The translations under genes were made by a program, and so were the position numbers. The notes below the pieces were generated by a model that saw only the letters and a program-made list of their open reading frames with translations, was not told the origin of the DNA and ran no database searches. Shown here in pieces: positions 57,979 through 64,000 of a DNA stretch of 64,000 nucleotides (positions are counted from its first letter, which is position 1; every line of letters begins with the position of its first letter). Source of the stretch: an uncultured Gammaproteobacteria bacterium (GTDB taxonomy: Bacteria; Patescibacteriota; Patescibacteriia; 2-12-FULL-57-11); the NCBI GenBank assembly GCA_964648865.1, contig CAZYLV010000005.1:6360-70359 (forward strand), given 5' to 3'.

Positions 57979-58784
57979 AGCGCCTCCTGACCCATCCGCG
58001 CCCTCATCTCGACGACATCTGCGGCATCTGGCTCATCCAGAAGTACCTGCCGGGCTGGGCGGATGCGGCCGTGGAGTTCCTTCCCGCGACGACGACGCTG
58101 CACGACGACGCGGACACGCTCATGGTCGGCATCGGCCGCGGACAGTTCGACGAGCACAAGGGCAATGTCGGCGAATCCGCGACGACCCTCGTCTGGCAGC
58201 ACATCAAGGAGACGGCCGACCTTGACGAGCTGGAAGCGGCCGCGCTCGACCTGCTCACCGAGTGGGTGCGCAGGGGCGACACCAGCGAGCACGACGCCGC
58301 CGAGATGGTGGCGCACGGGCCGTGGCTTCCGTCCGAGCAGCTCCACGCCTATTACGAGCGGCATGATAAGGACTCGCTCGCGCTCCACCGCTTCGGCGTC
58401 GAGCTGTGCGAGGACGCGCTCATCCGCTACCGCAACGCCGTGCTGCTGGAGCGCGACTGGCGGACACGCGTGGAGTTCGACACGCCCTGGGGCCGGGGTG
58501 TGGGGCTCACGACCGATGCTTCCGGCGCGGACGATTACGCCTACAGCGCCGGCTTCGTGCTGCTCGTCTACGTCCATCCCAAGAACGGCTACCGCGGATA
58601 CCGTGCCACGCCGGAGAGCGGCGTCGACCTCTCGGCGACGCACGCCTTCCTGGAGGCCAAGGACGAGGATGCGCACTGGTTCCTGCACCATTCCAAGAAG
58701 CTGCTGTTGGCGGGCTCGGACGTGGCCCCCGAGACCCCCTTGTCCCGGCTGTCCCTCGACGAGTTGATTGCCGCCATCCGCTAA
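57975..58784 (+). CDS. MYG1/UPF0160-like metal-dependent hydrolase (tentative)
   Basis: 'THPRPHLDDICGIWLIQKYLPG...VGIGRGQFDEHKG' parallels the MYG1 'THSGTFHADE...LL...LP...VDVGG.YD...YDHHQ' pattern. Confidence 0.5.
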   Translation: MKRLLTHPRPHLDDICGIWLIQKYLPGWADAAVEFLPATTTLHDDADTLMVGIGRGQFDEHKGNVGESATTLVWQHIKETADLDELEAAALDLLTEWVRRGDTSEHDAAEMVAHGPWLPSEQLHAYYERHDKDSLALHRFGVELCEDALIRYRNAVLLERDWRTRVEFDTPWGRGVGLTTDASGADDYAYSAGFVLLVYVHPKNGYRGYRATPESGVDLSATHAFLEAKDEDAHWFLHHSKKLLLAGSDVAPETPLSRLSLDELIAAIR

Positions 58785-58842
58785 ATGCCCCTGTTGACTG
58801 ACGCGAAATGACGTGTCAGCGTACTTTTGTATTTTAGAAGTT

Positions 58843-59823
58843 ATGGATCAGGAACTCCTCGGTCGGATCAAGGCCTTCAACATTGATGCTCTTGCAAACA
58901 AGGAAAACCTTGCTTCTCTTACTTTCGATCAAAGCATCTCGCAGCTTCAACAGCTCAGGGACCTTTTCGCTAAATTCGACACCCTTCGCTACAGGAAGTT
59001 TTTTACCAAGCGAGAGATAGAGAGAGTCGATAGCCGCGCGAGGGAATTTGTAACGCGCTTCATCGATAGGCTTGAGGGTTTTTCGGTTGAGATCCCGAAC
59101 GCCAAGCAGGTACACGACGATATTCAGAACGATGTGGAGCGTTTCTGGGATGAAACATTTTCGGAACTCAGGCCACTGATGAGTGCTCTGAGACAAGAGG
59201 TTGCTCAGTCAGCAGAGGCAGTGGATGTAAGCGATCTTAAGGCCTCACTACTTGACAAGGACGAACGGTATAACACTCTTCTCCAACAGCTCGAGGACCA
59301 GCTTCATGTCCTTTCAGAAAAGGATAAGCAAATTCAGTTGCAGTCTGGAACGGTGGCGTCAAATTACCTAGCTAAGAATTTTGAAAGTCAGGCTGAAAGA
59401 CACGAGAAAGAGGCGGCGAATGCTCTTTTGGCACGAAGAGTCTATTTCGGTATCTTGATTACGCTTGCTGTCGGCAACCTTGGATACTTCTTATTCGGTG
59501 ATCGGAGCATCTTCACTACCGAATACGGATTGATTAAGTTCGCCCTCGTGACGCTACTGGCTTATGGAATGGCGCTTGCGAACAAGAAGTATCGAATTGA
59601 ACTAAACCTGGCCGCTCAGAATTGGCACAGGAGAAACGTCGCTCAAACACTGCTCGACTATTTGCGGTCTGAGCCCGACAGAACAGTCCAATCTGAGATG
59701 CTTCGCAGAGCGGCGGAGGCGATGTTCCGACATCTGAATGTCGGATTCATCTCAAGAGAGGATACAAGCGACAAATCACCGACTCACGAGTTTTTGGCCG
59801 CCTTCGTTCCCAAGGCCGGCTAG
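58843..59823 (+). CDS. low-GC membrane protein: N-terminal coiled-coil domain, two C-terminal TM helices (hypothetical)
   Basis: ATG 58843 ('MDQELLGRIKAF') lies ~8 nt after a TGTATTTT -10-like box. TM helices 'VYFGILITLAVGNLGYFLF' and 'LIKFALVTLLAYGMALA'. Codon usage markedly AT-richer than its neighbours. Confidence 0.5.
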   Translation: MDQELLGRIKAFNIDALANKENLASLTFDQSISQLQQLRDLFAKFDTLRYRKFFTKREIERVDSRAREFVTRFIDRLEGFSVEIPNAKQVHDDIQNDVERFWDETFSELRPLMSALRQEVAQSAEAVDVSDLKASLLDKDERYNTLLQQLEDQLHVLSEKDKQIQLQSGTVASNYLAKNFESQAERHEKEAANALLARRVYFGILITLAVGNLGYFLFGDRSIFTTEYGLIKFALVTLLAYGMALANKKYRIELNLAAQNWHRRNVAQTLLDYLRSEPDRTVQSEMLRRAAEAMFRHLNVGFISREDTSDKSPTHEFLAAFVPKAG

Positions 59824-59829
59824 TTTAGC

Positions 59830-61620
59830 ATGCCCGGCGAATCCGAGGAAATCAAGCGCCGACTCGACATCGTCGAGTTCATCGGCGAATACCTCCCGTT
59901 GGTCCGCGCCGGCGGGGCCAACATGAAGGCCCGGTGCCCCTTCCACAACGAGAAGACGCCGAGCTTTTACGTGTCCAAGGAGCGGCAGATGTGGCACTGC
60001 TTCGGCTGCGGGGAGGGCGGCGACGTCTTCTCCTTCCTGATGAAGCATGAGGGGCTGGAGTTCCCGGAGGCGCTCAAGCTGCTTGCCTCGCGCACCGGCG
60101 TGCAGCTCGCCCAGTGGAACCCCAAGGAGCGCAGCGAGCGCATGCGGCTCTTCGAGGTCGTGGAGTTCGCCACCAAGGTCTTCGAAAAGTATCTGCGCGA
60201 CAGCGCCAAGGCCGAGGCCGCCCGAGCGTACGTCGCCACGCGCGGCGTCTCACCGGAGATGCGGGATGCCTTCCGCCTGGGCTACGCGCCCGAGGGGTGG
60301 GATACGCTCATCACGCTGGCGGGGAAGCGCGGCATCAGCGTGGCCGAGCTCATCAAGGCCGGTCTGGCGCTCCCCAGCGATCGCGGCGGGTATGACCGTT
60401 TCCGCGACCGGTTGATGTTCCCGATCCGTGACGTCCACGGCGCCGTCGTCGGTTTCACGGCACGCACCCTCAAGGACGACCCCAACGAGCCCAAGTACAT
60501 CAACACGCCGCAGACGCCGCTCTACGACAAGTCGGCCGTGCTCTACGGGCTCGACCGCGCCAAGCAGGAGATCAAGAAGGCCGGGCGCGTGGTGGTCGTG
60601 GAGGGGAACATGGACGTCATCGCCTGCCATCAGGCCGGGTTCGCCGACACCATCGCCGTTTCGGGTACCGCGTTCACCAAGCAGCAGCTCGACCTCATCC
60701 GCCGGTTCACGACGGACATCGCCATCGCCTTCGACGCCGATGCCGCCGGGGCCCGGGCCGCGGAAAAGGGGATCGACCTGGCCGTCGCCGAGGGGTTCCA
60801 GGTGAAGGTCATCCGCGTGCCGGAGGGCGCGGGAAAGGACCCGGACGAGGTGCTCAAGAAGGATCCGGCGGTCTGGCGGCGCGCCGTGGAGCAGGCCATG
60901 CCCGTCATGGACTGGTTCTTCGCGCGTGCCTTCGACGGCGCGGACCTCCTGCGTCCCGAGATCAAGGCGGCCATCGGCAAGCAGCTCCTGCCGCGCATCG
61001 GCCGCATCCCGGACGCCATCGAGCGCACCCACTGGCTCCAGCAGCTCTCCCAGCGGCTGAACGTCCCGGAGGACGTCTTGCGCGGGCAATTGGGCGGGAA
61101 ACCGGTCGGGGCGATCCAACGTGGTCGCCCTGCGCCGGGCGGGCGCATTGGCCCGCCCCTACCGGCGGCGGCCACCAGGCCCACCCGCGACGTCATGGTG
61201 GCCGAGGAATTCCTCGGGCTGCTCGTCGCCGTGCCGGCCCGGCTGCAGGACGGCATGGCGACCGTGGCTCCGGAGATGCTGCCGGACCCCGACCTTGCCG
61301 AGCTATACAAGGCCATGATCGTGCGCTACACTGCGGGCGAGCATCCCGTACCGGACCCCCATGCCCCGGAGGTGCCCGAGACCATCGCCAAGGCGCTGGC
61401 CCGAGCCGTCCTCCGCAGGGAACGCGCGTCCGTTGAGACGCAGACCCGTCCGGACGAGGAGATGCGCCGTTACGCCGCCATCATCCGCCAGGCCCATGTC
61501 CGCTCCGAGCGCGAGCGGCTCCAGGGCCTCCTTGCCTCCGCCGAGGCCGCAGGCGACGTCGACGCCGTCCGGGAGCTGACGAGACAGTTCCAAGCCCTGA
61601 TTTCCGAAAGCCCCACCTAA
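59830..61620 (+). CDS. dnaG: DNA primase
   Basis: Zinc-binding 'CPFHNEKTPSFYVSKERQMWHCFGCGEGGDVFSF'. TOPRIM 'VVVVEGNMDVIA' and 'FDADAAG'. Confidence 0.95.
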   Translation: MPGESEEIKRRLDIVEFIGEYLPLVRAGGANMKARCPFHNEKTPSFYVSKERQMWHCFGCGEGGDVFSFLMKHEGLEFPEALKLLASRTGVQLAQWNPKERSERMRLFEVVEFATKVFEKYLRDSAKAEAARAYVATRGVSPEMRDAFRLGYAPEGWDTLITLAGKRGISVAELIKAGLALPSDRGGYDRFRDRLMFPIRDVHGAVVGFTARTLKDDPNEPKYINTPQTPLYDKSAVLYGLDRAKQEIKKAGRVVVVEGNMDVIACHQAGFADTIAVSGTAFTKQQLDLIRRFTTDIAIAFDADAAGARAAEKGIDLAVAEGFQVKVIRVPEGAGKDPDEVLKKDPAVWRRAVEQAMPVMDWFFARAFDGADLLRPEIKAAIGKQLLPRIGRIPDAIERTHWLQQLSQRLNVPEDVLRGQLGGKPVGAIQRGRPAPGGRIGPPLPAAATRPTRDVMVAEEFLGLLVAVPARLQDGMATVAPEMLPDPDLAELYKAMIVRYTAGEHPVPDPHAPEVPETIAKALARAVLRRERASVETQTRPDEEMRRYAAIIRQAHVRSERERLQGLLASAEAAGDVDAVRELTRQFQALISESPT

Positions 61621-61638
61621 GCGGGGCCTGCACGCATT

Positions 61639-62847
<1,209 letters not shown>

Positions 62848-62879
62848 TGAAGTAGGGGAAACCCTCTAAGGAAACCCGT

Positions 62880-63626
62880 ATGTGGTATCTCCTCGTCGCC
62901 GTCGTCTTCCTGCTACTGGTCTCGATCGTCCAGGTCAACCAGTACGAGAAGGCCCTCCTGTTCACCATGGGCCGCGTCACCGGCCTCAAGGAGCCGGGCT
63001 GGCGCCTGCGCGTCCCGGTGTTCCAGTTCATCAAGAAGGTCGACATGCGCCTCAAGACGCTCGACCTCCCGCCCCAGGACGCCATCACCCAGGACAACAT
63101 CTCGGTCAAGGTCAACGCCGTCATCTACTTCAAGGTGGTCGATCCGCGGAAGGCCTACATCGACGTGCAGAACGTGGACTTCGCGGTGTTCCAGCTGGCA
63201 CAGACGACCATGCGCAACGTGGTGGGCGAAGTGCCGCTCGACGACCTGCTCTCCAAGCGCGGCGAGTTGAGCCAGCGCATCGAGAAGATCGTCGACGAGA
63301 CCACGGTGACGTGGGGCGTGGAAGTCACCGGCGTCGAGCTCAAGGACATCAACCTGCCCGAGAGCATGGTCCGGACCATCGCCAAGCAGGCCGAGGCCGA
63401 GCGCGAACGCCGTGCCGTGATCATCAACTCGGAAGGTGAAGTCATCGCCTCCGAGAACCTGGCCAAGGCGGCGGCGACGCTGGCCCATGCGCCGGGCGCG
63501 CTGCATCTGCGTACCCTCAACTCCATCAACGACATCTCTTCCGACCAGTCCAACACCGTGGTCTTCGCGGTCCCGATGGAACTGCTCAAGGCCATCGAGG
63601 GCTTCGGCAAGAAGATGCAGCCGTAG
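62880..63626 (+). CDS. SPFH/band 7 (stomatin/prohibitin-like) membrane protein
   Basis: N-terminal TM helix, 'QYEKALLFTMGRVTGLKEPGWRLRVPVFQ', 'TQDNISVKVNAVIYFKVVDP', and an Ala/Glu-rich coiled coil. Confidence 0.85.
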   Translation: MWYLLVAVVFLLLVSIVQVNQYEKALLFTMGRVTGLKEPGWRLRVPVFQFIKKVDMRLKTLDLPPQDAITQDNISVKVNAVIYFKVVDPRKAYIDVQNVDFAVFQLAQTTMRNVVGEVPLDDLLSKRGELSQRIEKIVDETTVTWGVEVTGVELKDINLPESMVRTIAKQAEAERERRAVIINSEGEVIASENLAKAAATLAHAPGALHLRTLNSINDISSDQSNTVVFAVPMELLKAIEGFGKKMQP

Positions 63627-63630
63627 CCGA

Positions 63631-63662
63631 TAAAAACGCCCCCGCCAAGCGGGGGCGTTTTG
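63631..63662. terminator. bidirectional terminator (AACGCCCCCGC-CAA-GCGGGGGCGTT flanked by A5/T-run)
   Basis: 11-bp GC stem between convergent genes. Confidence 0.85.
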
Positions 63663-63670
63663 CGTTCGCG

Positions 63671-64000
63671 TCACGGGGTGACGAATGCCGCCATTCCGTC
63701 GACGGCGAGGATATCCGCGAGTCGGGACCAGGGAAGGGTCACGTGCTGCGGACCGGCGGCATACGGCGCCACCTGGTAGGGCTCGAAGTGGATCGAGAGG
63801 CCGTCGGCCGACATGGTCCAGGCCCCGAAGCTCTCCTCGCGCGGCGCGGCGCCGGCGCGGATGTCCGCGGAGAGCGCCTCAAGGCCCTCGCCGAACGCCG
63901 CGTATTGCCGCTCCAGGTCGGCGATGGCCAGCGCGGAGAGCCGCTCGAGATACGGGGCGTCCGGGCGGAAGAGGTCGGCCAGCCGGACCTCCGATGCGCC
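63671..64000 (-). CDS. 3' part of a minus-strand gene (partial); C-terminus resembles DUF3298/RsiV-type domain
   Basis: Reverse-strand translation ends '...GLSIHFEPYQVAPYAAGPQHVTLPWSRLADILAVDGMAAFVTP*' with the stop at 63671-63673. Continues beyond the window. Confidence 0.45.
   Translation of the reverse strand, partial: GASEVRLADLFRPDAPYLERLSALAIADLERQYAAFGEGLEALSADIRAGAAPREESFGAWTMSADGLSIHFEPYQVAPYAAGPQHVTLPWSRLADILAVDGMAAFVTP

Overview
High-GC (roughly 65-70% by eye, not computed) compact bacterial chromosome segment. Coding density is high and genes overlap by 1-11 nt in several places. The six-frame track is dominated by long antisense/off-frame ORFs typical of high-GC DNA. I kept only frames whose translations show recognisable families or clear start/stop/terminator context.

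Content, left to right:
- Cell-wall/division block: murD, a MurE-like ligase, a bPH_2 membrane protein, an FtsB-like protein.
- A CofE-family ligase, then a low-GC two-gene cassette (P-loop NTPase + GIY-YIG) abutting a tRNA-Gly/tRNA-Thr unit with duplicated hairpin-triad trailers.
- ftsEX, a csp-like gene with a ~470-nt structured leader, tRNA-Gln, a NUDIX gene, mutY, a tandem zinc-ribbon mini-protein, a thioredoxin-like gene plus a DoxX-like membrane protein.
- On the minus strand: LOG, era, an RlmD-like methyltransferase.
- GT2 + Rieske pair, a CARDB/TSP3/PKD secreted protein, murJ, a MurG-like GT, a CYTH-P-loop fusion.
- lepA, recJ, rnhA.
- A large secreted GW-repeat/Cys-Asp-repeat protein, followed (after one low-GC gene) by a complete monoderm-type type IV pilus locus: pilM-N-O-(PilP-like)-pilB-receiver-pilC, two pilins, pilD and four pseudopilin-like genes.
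- ligA, mtlD (minus strand), gatCA, a UbiB kinase, lgt, a BlaI-like repressor with a membrane spermidine-synthase-like protein and a TfoX_N protein.
- tRNA-Ser with an att-like 3'-end duplication, a rhodanese, a MYG1-like protein, another low-GC membrane gene, dnaG-rpoD and an SPFH protein.

Recurrent non-coding signals:
- TGnTATACT-type extended -10 boxes 7-12 nt before start codons, implying mostly leaderless mRNAs.
- Many hairpin/T-tract terminators.
- Several short repeat families.

No rRNA, CRISPR, transposase or integrase was seen. Lineage cannot be fixed from this window alone. A pilus locus without pilQ fits a monoderm such as Patescibacteria/CPR or Chloroflexi-like.
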